DNA from: Patescibacteria group bacterium
Lineage (GTDB): Bacteria; Patescibacteriota; Minisyncoccia; Phycocordibacterales; Phycocordibacteraceae
Length of the DNA: 64,000 bases
Reading direction: 5' to 3'
Assembly: GCA_038064595.1 (NCBI GenBank)
Contig: JBBTSV010000005.1
Location: forward strand, 612 to 64,611
Of this stretch, positions 20,402-30,964 are shown piece by piece. Both the position numbers and the translations under genes were made by a program. The notes below the pieces were generated by a model, which had not been told where the DNA came from, searched no databases, and worked only from the letters and a program-made list of their open reading frames with translations. How positions within the stretch are numbered: the stretch's first letter is position 1; each line of letters starts with the position of its first letter.

Positions 20402-20986
20402 ATGAAGGAGTGGCACGGAGATGATATTGCGGAAGAAGACATAAGCGAGCACGTCGTCGTAGAGGACGGCGATGAGGTCGCGGCCGCAGCGGCCGCGAAG
20501 GTGGCTAAGCTGAAAGAGGAGATCGAGAGCCTGCGTAAAGAGAAGCAAGAATATATGGACGGTTGGCAGCGCGCCAAGGCCGACTACGTGAATCTCCTCA
20601 AGCGCATCGAGAGCGACACCAAGGCGGCTGAAGGGAGGGGGAAGGTGAAGGCCATTGAGTCGCTCCTCCCAGCACTCGACGCTCTCGAGCGCGCCGGAGC
20701 ACACGGTGAGTTGCCGAGTGGCTTTGATGCGATTGTGAAGCAACTCGAGAGCGCGTTCGCTGGCCTCGGCCTCACGGCGCTCGGCGAGGTGGGCGAGACA
20801 TTTGACCCCAGTCTCCACGAGGCTCTCGGCCAAGATGTCGTCGCGACACTTGAAAATGATGATACGGTTACGGTAGTATTAGAAAAAGGCTGGAAGCTTT
20901 CCTCGGCGGAGCTCGGAACAGGCGGCGAAGTCGTCATCCGCCCCGCGAAGGTCAGGGTCGCACACTTTAATAGTAGTAATCAGTAA
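20402..20986 (+). CDS. grpE: nucleotide exchange factor GrpE
   Basis: [29 protein letters not shown]. Confidence 0.96.
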   Translation: MKEWHGDDIAEEDISEHVVVEDGDEVAAAAAAKVAKLKEEIESLRKEKQEYMDGWQRAKADYVNLLKRIESDTKAAEGRGKVKAIESLLPALDALERAGAHGELPSGFDAIVKQLESAFAGLGLTALGEVGETFDPSLHEALGQDVVATLENDDTVTVVLEKGWKLSSAELGTGGEVVIRPAKVRVAHFNSSNQ

Positions 20987-20997
20987 CCATTTTAACT

Positions 20998-22899
20998 ATG
21001 GCTAAAATTCTCGGCATTGATTTGGGCACTACCAATTCTGCGATGGCGATCGTCGAGGGTGGCGAGCCGCGTGTCTTAGAGAACGCCGAGGGCGCCCGCA
21101 CGACGCCCTCAATCGTCGCGGTGGGGAAGACCGGCGAGCGCATCGTCGGTACCCTCGCCAAGCGTCAGTCGGTGACTAATCCGCTCAATACTATCTTCCA
21201 GATCAAGCGCTTTATCGGGCACTCGTTTGATGAGCCAGAGGTGCAGAAGGATAAGGCCGTGGTCCCCTTTGAGATGCAGAAGGCGGCTAACGGGGGTATC
21301 GAGGTCAAGATGAACGACAAGTGGTACCGCCCTGAAGAAATTTCAGCGATGATTCTCTCGAAGCTAAAGACCGATGCCGAGGCCAAGCTCGGCGAGAAGA
21401 TCACCGAGGCGGTGATCACCGTGCCTGCCTACTTCAACGACGATCAGCGCAGCGCGACCAAGGCCGCAGGGCAGATCGCCGGTCTCGACGTGAAGCGCAT
21501 CATCAACGAGCCGACCGCGGCCGCGCTCGCCTACGGTTTTAATAAAAAGAAGGACGAGAAGATTGCAGTCTTTGACTTCGGCGGCGGGACCTTCGACATC
21601 TCCGTCTTGGAGGTGGGTGGCGACGTGATCGAGGTGAAGAGTACCGACGGCGACGCACACCTCGGCGGTAAAGACATCGACCAGAAGATTATCAACTGGC
21701 TCGCTGACGAGTTTAAGCGAGAGAGCGGGATCGATGTACGCACCGACGCCCTCGCGCGCCAACGCCTCGACGAGGCCGCCGAGAAGGCCAAGATCGAGCT
21801 CTCGAGCGCGATGGAGAGTGAGGTGAATATCCCGTTTCTCACGAGTGATGCCTCTGGCCCGCGCCACCTGCTTATCAAGATGACGCGCGCCAAGCTCGAG
21901 GAGCTCTCGAGTGAGTTTGTCGAGCGCGCGATGGCTATCACCAAGCGCGCGATGGAGGCCTCGCCCTTCAAGATCTCCGATATTAATGAAGTGATCCTCG
22001 TCGGCGGCCAGACCCGCATGCCGCTCATCCAGAGTGAGGTCGAGAAGTTCTTCGGCAAGAAGCCCAATATGAGTGTGAACCCGGACGAGGTGGTCGCGGT
22101 GGGTGCTGCGATTCAGGCCGGCATTCTCCAGGGTGACGTGAAGGATATCCTCCTCGTGGACGTGATCCCACTCTCGCTCTCTATAGAGACCATGGGTGGG
22201 GTGGCGACTAAGCTCGTGGAGCGCAACACGGCGATCCCCACTATCCGCTCACAAACTTTTTCAACGGCTGCGGATAATCAACCATCCGTGGAAATTCATA
22301 TTACTCAGGGCGAACGCGCGATGAGCGCCGATAACAAGTCACTCGGCAAGTTTATGCTCGACGGGATCCCGCCGGCGCCGCGCGGTATGCCCCAAGTAGA
22401 GGTCATCTTCGATGTTGACGCTTCTGGCATCCTCACTGTGAAGGCAAAAGAGAAGACCACTGGCAAGGAGCAGTCGATTCGCATTGAGGGCTCGACGGGT
22501 CTCTCGAAGGAAGATATTGAGAAGATGAAGACTGATGCCGAGACTAATGCGGCTGACGATGAGAAGCGTAAGGAGCTGGTTGAGGTTCGTAATATGGCCG
22601 ACCAGGCGATTTATGCGGCAGAGAAGGCGGTCAAGGAGCACGGCGAGAAGGCCGGGGCAGAAGTGGTCAAGGACGTGCAGGACAAGATTGACGCGCTCAA
22701 GGTCACCCACAAGGGTGAGGACGCGGTGCTCATCAAGACCGCCACCGAGACGCTCTCGGCGGCGATGATGAAGATCGGGGAGGCGATGGCCAAGAGTAGT
22801 GAGCAGCCGACAGCTCCACCGACCGGAGGTGAAGCCGCAGGTCCTGACGGCCCTGCTGCAGGGCCGAAGGACGCCGACTTTAAAGAAAAGCCAGAATAA
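20998..22899 (+). CDS. dnaK: chaperone DnaK
   Basis: [26 protein letters not shown]. Confidence 0.99.
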   Translation: MAKILGIDLGTTNSAMAIVEGGEPRVLENAEGARTTPSIVAVGKTGERIVGTLAKRQSVTNPLNTIFQIKRFIGHSFDEPEVQKDKAVVPFEMQKAANGGIEVKMNDKWYRPEEISAMILSKLKTDAEAKLGEKITEAVITVPAYFNDDQRSATKAAGQIAGLDVKRIINEPTAAALAYGFNKKKDEKIAVFDFGGGTFDISVLEVGGDVIEVKSTDGDAHLGGKDIDQKIINWLADEFKRESGIDVRTDALARQRLDEAAEKAKIELSSAMESEVNIPFLTSDASGPRHLLIKMTRAKLEELSSEFVERAMAITKRAMEASPFKISDINEVILVGGQTRMPLIQSEVEKFFGKKPNMSVNPDEVVAVGAAIQAGILQGDVKDILLVDVIPLSLSIETMGGVATKLVERNTAIPTIRSQTFSTAADNQPSVEIHITQGERAMSADNKSLGKFMLDGIPPAPRGMPQVEVIFDVDASGILTVKAKEKTTGKEQSIRIEGSTGLSKEDIEKMKTDAETNAADDEKRKELVEVRNMADQAIYAAEKAVKEHGEKAGAEVVKDVQDKIDALKVTHKGEDAVLIKTATETLSAAMMKIGEAMAKSSEQPTAPPTGGEAAGPDGPAAGPKDADFKEKPE

Positions 22900-23019
22900 C
22901 TAGGGAAGTCAGACTTCACTAGTTGAGCAAAGCGGCGCGAGACTCTCGTGGGGTTGCGTTTCGCTAAATATTGTGCATAATAGATTTATGCGGAATTTTC
23001 CGCGAAGAAGGAGAGCCCC

Positions 23020-23163
23020 TTGGATATCACCAGGTTTGGTCGGGTCACATCAAAGTGGGGAGTTGTGGCCTGGTTTTTGGGCCTCATGCTCTCCCTGAGC
23101 GCAGTGACCGGGTGTCTGGTCTGGCTGGTGATTGTCGCCGTCAGCAGGAATCCCGTTTCATGA
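23020..23163 (+). CDS. 47-aa single-TM peptide (TTG start; not in ORF track)
   Basis: AAGGAG SD; MDITRFGRVTSKWGVVAWFLGLMLSLSAVTGCLVWLVIVAVSRNPVS; flanked by promoter-like and terminator sequences. Confidence 0.5.
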   Translation: MDITRFGRVTSKWGVVAWFLGLMLSLSAVTGCLVWLVIVAVSRNPVS

Positions 23164-23194
23164 GTCCTGCCGGTGCCAGTTGGCCAGAGGCCCC

Positions 23195-23229
23195 AGGCGC
23201 GAGGAAGACTCCTCGCGCCTTCCTTTTTT
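23195..23229 (+). terminator. intrinsic terminator
   Basis: AGGCGCGAGGA-AGAC-TCCTCGCGCCT followed by TCCTTTTTT. Confidence 0.75.
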
Positions 23230-23263
23230 GCATACAAAATGAAGAACGAGTATACTGAACAAA

Positions 23264-24361
23264 ATGGCAACGACCAAAGACTATTACAGCGTGCTGGGCG
23301 TCGACAAGAAGGCGACACCAGACGATATTAAAAAAGCGTTCCGCAAGTTGGCACACAAGTACCACCCCGATAAGGGCGGCACCGACGAGTCCAAGTTTAA
23401 AGAGATCACCGAGGCCTACTCAATCCTCTCCGACGAGAGGAAGAGGCGTGAGTATGACACCTACGGTCAGGCGTTCCCCGGAGGAGGAGCGGCGGCAGGA
23501 GCAGGAGCACAAGGGAATCCGTTTGGCGGCTTTGACTTCTCCCAGTTTCAGCAGGGCTTTGGGCAGGGCGGGGTGGAGTTCGACTTTGGCGATATATTTG
23601 GCGATATCTTCGGCGGCCGCGGCGGCCGCCGTGCCACCCCGCGTGGGCGCGACATCTCAATCGATCTTGAGATTCCCTTTAAAGACGCTGTCTTCGGCAC
23701 CACCCGCACGGTCCTCTTGGCCAAGGTCTCTACCTGTAGCACCTGCTCGGGGAGTGGGGCCAAGCCCGGCACAACCCTCGACACGTGCAGTACTTGCAAC
23801 GGCAGCGGTCGCATCCACGAGACGCGCAACTCTATCCTTGGCCAGTTCAGTAGCGTACGCACCTGCAACGTCTGTGAGGGCACGGGCAAAATTTCTAAAG
23901 AGAAGTGTGCCGACTGTAAGGGTCATGGCGTGAAGCGAAAAGAAGAAGAGATGAAGATAAACATTCCAGCCGGTATCGACAACGGCGAGATGATCCGCCT
24001 TCCTGGTAAGGGAGAGGCGGTCAAGACCGGCACGCCGGGCGATCTTTACGTTAAAATCCACGTGAAGCCGCACCCCGCTTTCCGCCGCGACGGCTTCAAT
24101 CTCATCATGGATTTGCCGGTCAAGCTCACCGACGCTCTCTTAGGTACTACCGTCTCTGTTGAGACGCTCGAAGGCAAGACCCTAGAGGTCAAGATCCCCG
24201 TGATGCACAAGGTAGAGGAGCTCCTGCGGGTGGCGGGGAAGGGGATCCCGGTCGAGGGCGGCCGCGGCGACCTCATCATCCGCCTTGAGGTCGCGCTCCC
24301 GCATAAGCTCTCCGGCCGTGCCAAGCAGTCCGTCGCAGACCTCAAATCCGAGGGTCTCTAG
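23264..24361 (+). CDS. dnaJ: chaperone DnaJ
   Basis: HPD motif, G/F region, four CxxCxGxG repeats. Confidence 0.98.
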   Translation: MATTKDYYSVLGVDKKATPDDIKKAFRKLAHKYHPDKGGTDESKFKEITEAYSILSDERKRREYDTYGQAFPGGGAAAGAGAQGNPFGGFDFSQFQQGFGQGGVEFDFGDIFGDIFGGRGGRRATPRGRDISIDLEIPFKDAVFGTTRTVLLAKVSTCSTCSGSGAKPGTTLDTCSTCNGSGRIHETRNSILGQFSSVRTCNVCEGTGKISKEKCADCKGHGVKRKEEEMKINIPAGIDNGEMIRLPGKGEAVKTGTPGDLYVKIHVKPHPAFRRDGFNLIMDLPVKLTDALLGTTVSVETLEGKTLEVKIPVMHKVEELLRVAGKGIPVEGGRGDLIIRLEVALPHKLSGRAKQSVADLKSEGL

Positions 24362-24382
24362 GGAAGGGTGTATACTGGTCCC

Positions 24383-24904
24383 ATGCCAGACGCCAGTAGC
24401 ATCGCCGAGGTGACCAGTATCGCCGGGCCGCTCGCGAGTACGCTGTGGCACTCGATAAGCGACTTCGTCATCATTTTAGTGATTGTGCTCTTTTTTATCC
24501 TCTTCTCGCGTTACGTGGGGCGCGGTCAATTTGTCGCTGTTATCCTTGCGATCTATAGCGCGTATGCGCTCTATGTCGCATTTCCCTACGAGTCATATCT
24601 CCCCCAGGCGCCAGAGATCACCGCCTTCGCCACCCACCTCGGGCTTTTCCTCGCGCTCGCCTTTATGTTCTACATCATCCTCCGGCGCATCGTCGTCTCT
24701 GACTTTCTCGACATTGGCTCGCTCTCACTCATCTTTCTCTCCTTCCTCATAGCGGGGATACTGATCGCGCTTGGGTATCACGTGTTCGACATCACCAATT
24801 TTTATCAGTTCACTCCCCCGATTGACGCTCTCTTTGCACCTAAAGAATATTTCTTCTGGTGGTTTGTCGCTCCTGCGATTGGTCTCTTCTTCCTCGCGCA
24901 CTAG
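24383..24904 (+). CDS. multi-pass membrane protein
   Basis: About five TM segments; TATACT box 6 nt before ATG. Confidence 0.75.
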   Translation: MPDASSIAEVTSIAGPLASTLWHSISDFVIILVIVLFFILFSRYVGRGQFVAVILAIYSAYALYVAFPYESYLPQAPEITAFATHLGLFLALAFMFYIILRRIVVSDFLDIGSLSLIFLSFLIAGILIALGYHVFDITNFYQFTPPIDALFAPKEYFFWWFVAPAIGLFFLAH

Positions 24905-26695
24905 CTAGTCTTCCAAAAATCCTCCTGACTGGTGACCCCAGAGTTTGGCATACACACCGTTCTGTCGGAGAAGTTCGTCATGGGTACCTTCCTCGACGAT
25001 TGCACCCTCGTTGAGCACGACGATTCGGTCAAGATGTTTGATCGTTGAGAGGCGGTGTGCGATCACAATCGCGGTCTTGCCCTGCATCAGCTCCCACAAC
25101 CCCTCTTGGATGTATTTTTCTGACTCTGAGTCGAGCGCGCTCGTTGCTTCGTCAAGGACGAGAATCGGGGCGTTCTTTAAGATCGCGCGGGCGATCGCGA
25201 CGCGTTGACGTTGACCACCGGAGAGCTTCACTCCGCGTTCGCCGACCAAGGTCTCGTAGCCTTGGGGCAAGGTGGTGATGAAGTCGTGTGCGTGTGCGAG
25301 CGTGGCCGCACGCTCGACCTCTTTGCGCGAGGCACCCACACTCCCGTAGGCAATGTTGTCGAAAAGTGAGCGGTGGAAGAGGAGCGGTTCTTGGGGTACG
25401 TATCCAACGGCACTGCGAAGCGACTGTTGGGTCACCTTCGTAATATCTTGACCATCAATCGTAATCACCCCAGCTTCTACCTCAGCAAAGCGCAAGAGGA
25501 GCTTGGTGATAGTCGTTTTGCCACCACCGCTCGGACCCACGAGTCCCACTCGCTCCCCGCTTTTAATCGAGAAAGAAAAGTTTTTAAAGAATGGTTCGCG
25601 CGCCTCGCCATAGCGGAAGGTGATAGCGTTGAAGTGGATCTGTGCGTCCTGTACGACAAGCGGAGCAGCATCCACGGAGTCGGTAATCGTCGGTTTCTCG
25701 AGCATTAGTTCGGCAAATTCGGCCGCCTCAGTGACGGAAGACTCAAGCTGGCGATAAATGTGATTGATCTCCCAGAAAACGCGAGTGACTTGAGTGTAAT
25801 AGGAGAAGACGACAAGGAGCGTTCCGACCGCGAGACCCAAGGGCGCGGCGAGAAAAATGACGAGCGTGAGCCCGATCACATTCGTAAGGACATACAAGGG
25901 GGAGAGAATGGTTTCGAGCCGAAGGTTTTGGAAGTTGGCCGCCTGGGTGAACTTACTGACGTAGGCCGTAAGGTCATCCTTATTGCGGGCTTCTTCAGCT
26001 CCCTCGCGCGCATATGACTTGACCATGATCACGTTGGTGAGCGCGTCAGAGAGCGTGCCTGAGACCTTGCTTCCGGCCGCGTGGCGCTCGGCGACAAGAT
26101 GTGAACGCATGCGGATAATCGGGATAGAGACCGATATCACGAGGAGCACGGCGCCCAGAAGTACGGCGGGAAGGATCCACGAGTAGCGGGAGAGCACGAT
26201 AAGCGCAAAGATGAGCGGGAAGAGGTTAGTGAGGATATTGAAGGCAAAGATATCCGTGAATGTCTCAAAGCCGCGTGCGTACGCGAGCGCCTTTTTGGTG
26301 AGCGATCCCACAAAGTTATCGGTGAAGAAGTCGTAGTCGCGACCAAGGAGATCGGCGAGCGCGGTCTCTCCTAGGAGTTGTTTACCCTTTGCTTCGAGTT
26401 TGATCATAAAGTGGATCCCGACGCGCCACAGAAGCTCCCCAAAAATCCATGAGGCACCAAAGAGGCCAATGAGCGGGAGGGTATGCGGAAGGTCAAGTGT
26501 GTTGCTTGCTGCTTTATTTACAATCTCAGCCACAAAGAGTGGCGGGATAAAGAAAACAAATATCGTCCCGATTGCCGGGAACATAAATGACCCGAGCGCA
26601 AGCCATGGGTGCGCGCGATACTGTCGCCCGTAGTCGCGGAGCACACGTCGTATAGCGCGACTATTTACTTTGTGATCAGATGAGGAAAGATGCAT
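24905..26695 (-). CDS. ABC exporter, fused permease/ATPase
   Basis: N-terminal TMs, GPSGGGKT, LSGGQRQR, LVLDEAT. Confidence 0.95.
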   Translation of the reverse strand: MHLSSSDHKVNSRAIRRVLRDYGRQYRAHPWLALGSFMFPAIGTIFVFFIPPLFVAEIVNKAASNTLDLPHTLPLIGLFGASWIFGELLWRVGIHFMIKLEAKGKQLLGETALADLLGRDYDFFTDNFVGSLTKKALAYARGFETFTDIFAFNILTNLFPLIFALIVLSRYSWILPAVLLGAVLLVISVSIPIIRMRSHLVAERHAAGSKVSGTLSDALTNVIMVKSYAREGAEEARNKDDLTAYVSKFTQAANFQNLRLETILSPLYVLTNVIGLTLVIFLAAPLGLAVGTLLVVFSYYTQVTRVFWEINHIYRQLESSVTEAAEFAELMLEKPTITDSVDAAPLVVQDAQIHFNAITFRYGEAREPFFKNFSFSIKSGERVGLVGPSGGGKTTITKLLLRFAEVEAGVITIDGQDITKVTQQSLRSAVGYVPQEPLLFHRSLFDNIAYGSVGASRKEVERAATLAHAHDFITTLPQGYETLVGERGVKLSGGQRQRVAIARAILKNAPILVLDEATSALDSESEKYIQEGLWELMQGKTAIVIAHRLSTIKHLDRIVVLNEGAIVEEGTHDELLRQNGVYAKLWGHQSGGFLED

Positions 26696-26735
26696 ACTGA
26701 AAAGGTTATTTTACCATGTGTGGTATAATCTTCAC

Positions 26736-27989
26736 ATGAAATTCACTGAAGACTTGGCGGGCCGCGGGCTCTTGGAGCACACCTCAACGGCGCCCGAGCA
26801 TATCTTCTCTAAGCCGCGCACGGTCTACCTGGGCGTCGACCCCACCGCCGACTCGCTCCACGTGGGCCACCTGGTACCCATCCTCCTTATGAAGCGGCTT
26901 GCCGCGGCAGGGAACAAGCTCATCTTCTTGGTCGGTGGCGGGACCGGTATGATCGGTGATCCGCGCGAGCAGGGCGAGCGCGTGATGCTCGACGAGAAGG
27001 CGGTGGCCGCCAACACGCGTGCGCTAAAGAGCCAGCTCAAGCGCATCCTCGGCTCGGTGTCTTTCAAGATGGTGGACAACGCTGACTGGCTTCTCGACAT
27101 TAAGCTCGTGCCGTTTCTGCGTGGCATCGGGAAGTTCTTCACGGTCAATGACCTGGTCAAACGCGAGATCATCAAGAAGCGTCTCGACACCCCCGACGAG
27201 AGCATCTCCTATACCGAGTTTACGTACGCACTCCTCCAAGGCTATGACTACTTTGTCCTTAATCAGAAATATGGTTGTGATCTGCAGGTGGGCGCGAGTG
27301 ATCAGTGGACCAATATCCTCTCGGGAGTCGACCTGATCCACAAGAAGCTGGGAGAAGATGTCTATGCCTGCACCGTGCCGCTCATCACCGACGCCTCGGG
27401 CAAGAAGTTCGGCAAGAGCGAGGGCAATGCCGTGTGGCTCGACCCAGCTAAGACCTCACCCTTCCAGTTCTACCAGTTCTGGATCAATCTCCCCGATGAA
27501 AACCTCGAGCAGTACCTCAAGGTCTACACCTTTCTCCCGCTTCAAGAGATCGCTGCGCTCCTCGAGCTGCATAAGCGGAGCCCGGGCGAGCGCCAAGCAC
27601 AGGAGACGCTGGCGCGTCTCGTGACCGAGATCGTGCACGGCCCGGCCGCGGTGGCGCAGGCAGCGGCCGCCACCGACGCGCTCTTTGGCGACACCCCCTT
27701 CCACGAGCTCTCACGCGAGGCGTTCCAGGTGGCGCTTGCCGAGGCGCCAAGCGTGACCCTCACCAAGCGCGACGTTGAAGATGGCGCCTCGCTCTGTGAG
27801 GCGCTCGTCGCGGGCGGCCTCGCGAGCTCCAAGAGTGATGCTCGCCGCCTGATAGAAGGGAAGGCGATCACCCTCTCGGGCCTCCCGATAGAGAATCCGG
27901 ATCAGAAAATATTTGTGAGTGACCTCTCCGGCGGCCACGCCCTCATCCGCAAGGGCAAGCAGGGCGTCCTCGTTTTAGTACTAAAGTAA
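26736..27989 (+). CDS. tyrS: tyrosine--tRNA ligase
   Basis: DPTADSLHVGH, KFGKS, C-terminal S4-like domain. Confidence 0.98.
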   Translation: MKFTEDLAGRGLLEHTSTAPEHIFSKPRTVYLGVDPTADSLHVGHLVPILLMKRLAAAGNKLIFLVGGGTGMIGDPREQGERVMLDEKAVAANTRALKSQLKRILGSVSFKMVDNADWLLDIKLVPFLRGIGKFFTVNDLVKREIIKKRLDTPDESISYTEFTYALLQGYDYFVLNQKYGCDLQVGASDQWTNILSGVDLIHKKLGEDVYACTVPLITDASGKKFGKSEGNAVWLDPAKTSPFQFYQFWINLPDENLEQYLKVYTFLPLQEIAALLELHKRSPGERQAQETLARLVTEIVHGPAAVAQAAAATDALFGDTPFHELSREAFQVALAEAPSVTLTKRDVEDGASLCEALVAGGLASSKSDARRLIEGKAITLSGLPIENPDQKIFVSDLSGGHALIRKGKQGVLVLVLK

Positions 27990-28043
27990 ACATTTCTGTG
28001 CATAAGTCCGTTTGACTCTCAATTTTCTTGAGAGAATGGCGGT

Positions 28044-28670
28044 ATGCCCTTCCCGGCAGCACTTTCATCAGAAGGTCAGAAGGAGGCCGCTCGGCTCTAC
28101 AGCTGCGGCCTTAGTGCGCAGCAGGTAGCAGATACGCTCAAGGTCAGTCTCAATGCGACCTACTACGCGCTGCGTCATCTGAAGGTTCAGCGGCGCACGG
28201 CGAAGCAGACAAATCAAATTCGCTTTGAGGCAAAACCGCTTTCATATAGTCTAAAAACCTCTCTCACGGAGAAGGACGAACGTTTGAAGGCCGCCGCAAT
28301 CATGCTGTACTGGGCAGAAGGGTATAAGGTCGGGCGAAACACAGTAGATTTTGCAAATTCTGATGCGCAAATGGCCCTGATCTTTAAGCGATTTCTTTCA
28401 GAAATTTGCCGGGTCGATGAAAGACGGATCCGAGGACATATTTATTGCTATGAAGGTCAGAATGTGGCTGAGCTGACTCGATACTGGAGTCGTCTCCTTT
28501 CAATACCTGAAAAGCAATTTATTAAACCCTATATAAAGAAGGCAGCTGAACCAGGGCCGCGAGGTCCGAGGATGCTTCACGGTCTTGTACATATAGTGTA
28601 TTCTGATCAGAAGTTGTTGAGGCAAATACTCGCATGGATAGAGGAGTATCATAAGGACTTGACAAAATGA
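28044..28670 (+). CDS. HTH plus LAGLIDADG-like (homing-endonuclease-related) protein
   Basis: N-terminal helix-turn-helix; AIMLYWAEG..FANSD single LAGLIDADG-like motif; stop codon abuts tRNA-Tyr. Confidence 0.65.
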   Translation: MPFPAALSSEGQKEAARLYSCGLSAQQVADTLKVSLNATYYALRHLKVQRRTAKQTNQIRFEAKPLSYSLKTSLTEKDERLKAAAIMLYWAEGYKVGRNTVDFANSDAQMALIFKRFLSEICRVDERRIRGHIYCYEGQNVAELTRYWSRLLSIPEKQFIKPYIKKAAEPGPRGPRMLHGLVHIVYSDQKLLRQILAWIEEYHKDLTK

Positions 28671-28754
28671 GCGTCGGTGGCGGAGTGGTCAATCGCACGA
28701 GACTGTAAATCTCGCGGACATAGTCCTACGAAGGTTCGAATCCTTCCCGGCGCA
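28671..28754 (+). tRNA. tRNA-Tyr(GTA)
   Basis: Acceptor GCGTCGG/CCGGCGC, CGAGA-CT GTA AA-TCTCG anticodon arm, long variable arm, GAAGG-TTCGAAT-CCTTC. Confidence 0.96.
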
Positions 28755-28759
28755 CAGAG

Positions 28760-28797
28760 CGAAAAGAGAAATCCCCGTAAGGGGATTTCTCTTTTCG
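28760..28797. terminator. intrinsic terminator
   Basis: 17-bp stem CGAAAAGAGAAATCCCC-GTAA-GGGGATTTCTCTTTTCG. Confidence 0.8.
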
Positions 28798-28811
28798 GGT
28801 ATACTGGTGCG

Positions 28812-30128
28812 ATGCACTGGCGCGGAACTATTGTAATACGGTCAGTCATCGTCGGCGCGCTCACGGCGCTCCTCGTGATCGGCTTTCTCTCAGCCCAGAA
28901 GTCCCCGATCAGCTATGCTACCCCCGAGGAGGCTGACCCCTATGTGCGCTTTGCGATGGAGGCATTTGACCAGATCAGCGAGAAGTACTGGATTAAGCCG
29001 GGCTCCTTTGCACAGTTTAACTCTCCCGAGTTGCCGCAACTCTTTCAGCTCGCGCTCGCTAAAGGGGGCGTGAGCGCGACTCTGGCCACCTCCACCCGCG
29101 CAGGCACCGCCGCGCTTATCGCCGATGCGCTCAAGAATGCGACCTCAACCGAGGTTAAGAAGAAGCTCGTCACTGACACCGTGAGTCTCGTGCTCTACAA
29201 CCTCATCCCCTATGGGCGTAACGCCCTCTACTCCGAGCAACAGGTCACCCAGTTGCGCAACGAGGTGGCGAACGTAAACCCCGAGAAAGATTTGTATAAA
29301 AACTTGGGCGTTGAGAAAGGAGCCTCCGAGACTGAGATCCAGAAAGCCTATACCGAGAAGGCTGCCACACTCGCCGCGTCGAGCTCGAGCGCGGCGAAGG
29401 AGGAGCTGAAGGCAGTGGACTATGCGCACAAGGTCTTGAGCAGTGCGCCGCAGAAGCAGCTCTATGACACGGCGCAGGTTGAGCCGAGCGTCTTCTCGCA
29501 TACGCTCGGCCGCACGCTCTACGTAAGCTTTAATAAAATCTCGCCCACGACGCTGCAGGAATTTGGCTGGGCGGTGCTCGCCGCCTCGACCACTCCCGGG
29601 CTCGACTCGCTTATTCTCGACATGCGGGGCAACGTAGGTGGCTCACTCGACTTTGCCCCTGCATTTGTCGGCCTCTTTATCGGTGCTAATCAGTATGCGT
29701 TTGACCTTTATCATCAGGGCGAGAACGATCCACAGCGCACTACCCTCGGTCAGTTCCCCGAGCTCTCCCGCTACCGCGAGGTGGCGGTCCTCACCGATCC
29801 GATGACCCAGTCGACCGCCGAGACCACCACCGCGGTGCTCAAGCGCCTCCGGCTCGCGCATGTGGTGGGGGAGCGCACTCGTGGCTGGGGCTCGGTTGAG
29901 AATACGTATCCCCTTAAAACTGAAATTGACCCTGCGACTACCTACGCGCTCTTCTTGGTCAACTCACTCACGCTGCGCGACGACCAACAGCCGATTGAAC
30001 AGAATGGTGTGTTACCCGACGTCGACACGAGTGCGAGCGGCTGGCAGCGCAAGCTTTCAAATTATTTCTCCTCGCCGTCTCTTATAAGCGCGCTCACCGC
30101 GCGCGCCGCCGCCCCGCCACTTCGGTAA
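28812..30128 (+). CDS. membrane-anchored S41-family peptidase-like protein with J-domain-like insert
   Basis: ILDMRGNVGG, TQSTAE, GERTRGWG, GVLPDV; internal DLYKNLGV...EIQKAY...VLS...KQLYD. Confidence 0.8.
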   Translation: MHWRGTIVIRSVIVGALTALLVIGFLSAQKSPISYATPEEADPYVRFAMEAFDQISEKYWIKPGSFAQFNSPELPQLFQLALAKGGVSATLATSTRAGTAALIADALKNATSTEVKKKLVTDTVSLVLYNLIPYGRNALYSEQQVTQLRNEVANVNPEKDLYKNLGVEKGASETEIQKAYTEKAATLAASSSSAAKEELKAVDYAHKVLSSAPQKQLYDTAQVEPSVFSHTLGRTLYVSFNKISPTTLQEFGWAVLAASTTPGLDSLILDMRGNVGGSLDFAPAFVGLFIGANQYAFDLYHQGENDPQRTTLGQFPELSRYREVAVLTDPMTQSTAETTTAVLKRLRLAHVVGERTRGWGSVENTYPLKTEIDPATTYALFLVNSLTLRDDQQPIEQNGVLPDVDTSASGWQRKLSNYFSSPSLISALTARAAAPPLR

Positions 30129-30191
30129 AACAAACAGCCGCCCGACCCGTAAAGGGTGGGCGGCCATTCTCTCCGCGGCTTCGCCGCGGAG

Positions 30192-30812
30192 TCAGAGCGG
30201 GAAGATTCTCGGGAAGGATGTCAGCTTGACCTTCCCGTCGACGACGTCGAACTCGAACCATGCCATGTCCCCCTTCGCGAAGAGCTCGAAGTTGAGCTGT
30301 CCGAGCCCGACGAACGAGGAGAGCGCTGCTTCGCAGAGCGGACTGTGGGTGACGAGGAGTGCTGCCTCACCCGGCCCGATCACGCCTGTCACCACGGTGT
30401 GGATCACGCCAGCCATTTGCAAGCCGCAGTTTGCGAAGAGTTGTGGGTCGGCCTTGGCGAGCGCCTGGGGTGTCATGCTCTCGCATTTCGCGATGCGCTT
30501 CCATATCTCGGCGTTCTCGTAATCGGGCGGCGTGAGCCCGATCAACTGTTCCATCGAGTTGGGTGGGCTGGGGAGACACACTCCGGCAGTCTGGAGCGTG
30601 CGCAGTGCGGCCGAGTAGCCGCAATACGCAAAGTCCATCCCGGTCAGGAATGCCCGGATCCGCTCTGCATGCGGCAGAGCCTCCGACCAGTCGAGAGGAT
30701 CGTTCATCCCCCAGTCTGTCGGAGGGCGGTCGAGATGTGTCATCTGCCGCAAGTGCCGCATGAGACACACCGTCCGCACCACCGGGTTAAGTGGCGGCCT
30801 GTTCAGATACAT
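30192..30812 (-). CDS. histidine phosphatase-superfamily-like protein
   Basis: LMRH, SAALRTLQTA, LLVTH motifs; AAGGAG SD and TTGACA-17-TATTGT promoter upstream. Confidence 0.6.
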   Translation of the reverse strand: MYLNRPPLNPVVRTVCLMRHLRQMTHLDRPPTDWGMNDPLDWSEALPHAERIRAFLTGMDFAYCGYSAALRTLQTAGVCLPSPPNSMEQLIGLTPPDYENAEIWKRIAKCESMTPQALAKADPQLFANCGLQMAGVIHTVVTGVIGPGEAALLVTHSPLCEAALSSFVGLGQLNFELFAKGDMAWFEFDVVDGKVKLTSFPRIFPL

Positions 30813-30964
30813 CGAGATCTCCTTGGGGTTGAGAACCCGGCCTACGGCCGGGGGTAAAAGGGTCAAATTCCCGTGCTGACAATAGAGTATTAACGACATC
30901 CTGTCAAATCGCTTGGGAGAGGTAATAGAAGTGTGGATGCAGCGGCATGAGGGTATACAGCCGC

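Noticed and set aside
28677-28811. Upstream start for the S41-like protein
   Set aside because: It overlaps tRNA-Tyr and its terminator. ATG 28812 follows a TATACT box and precedes the TM.
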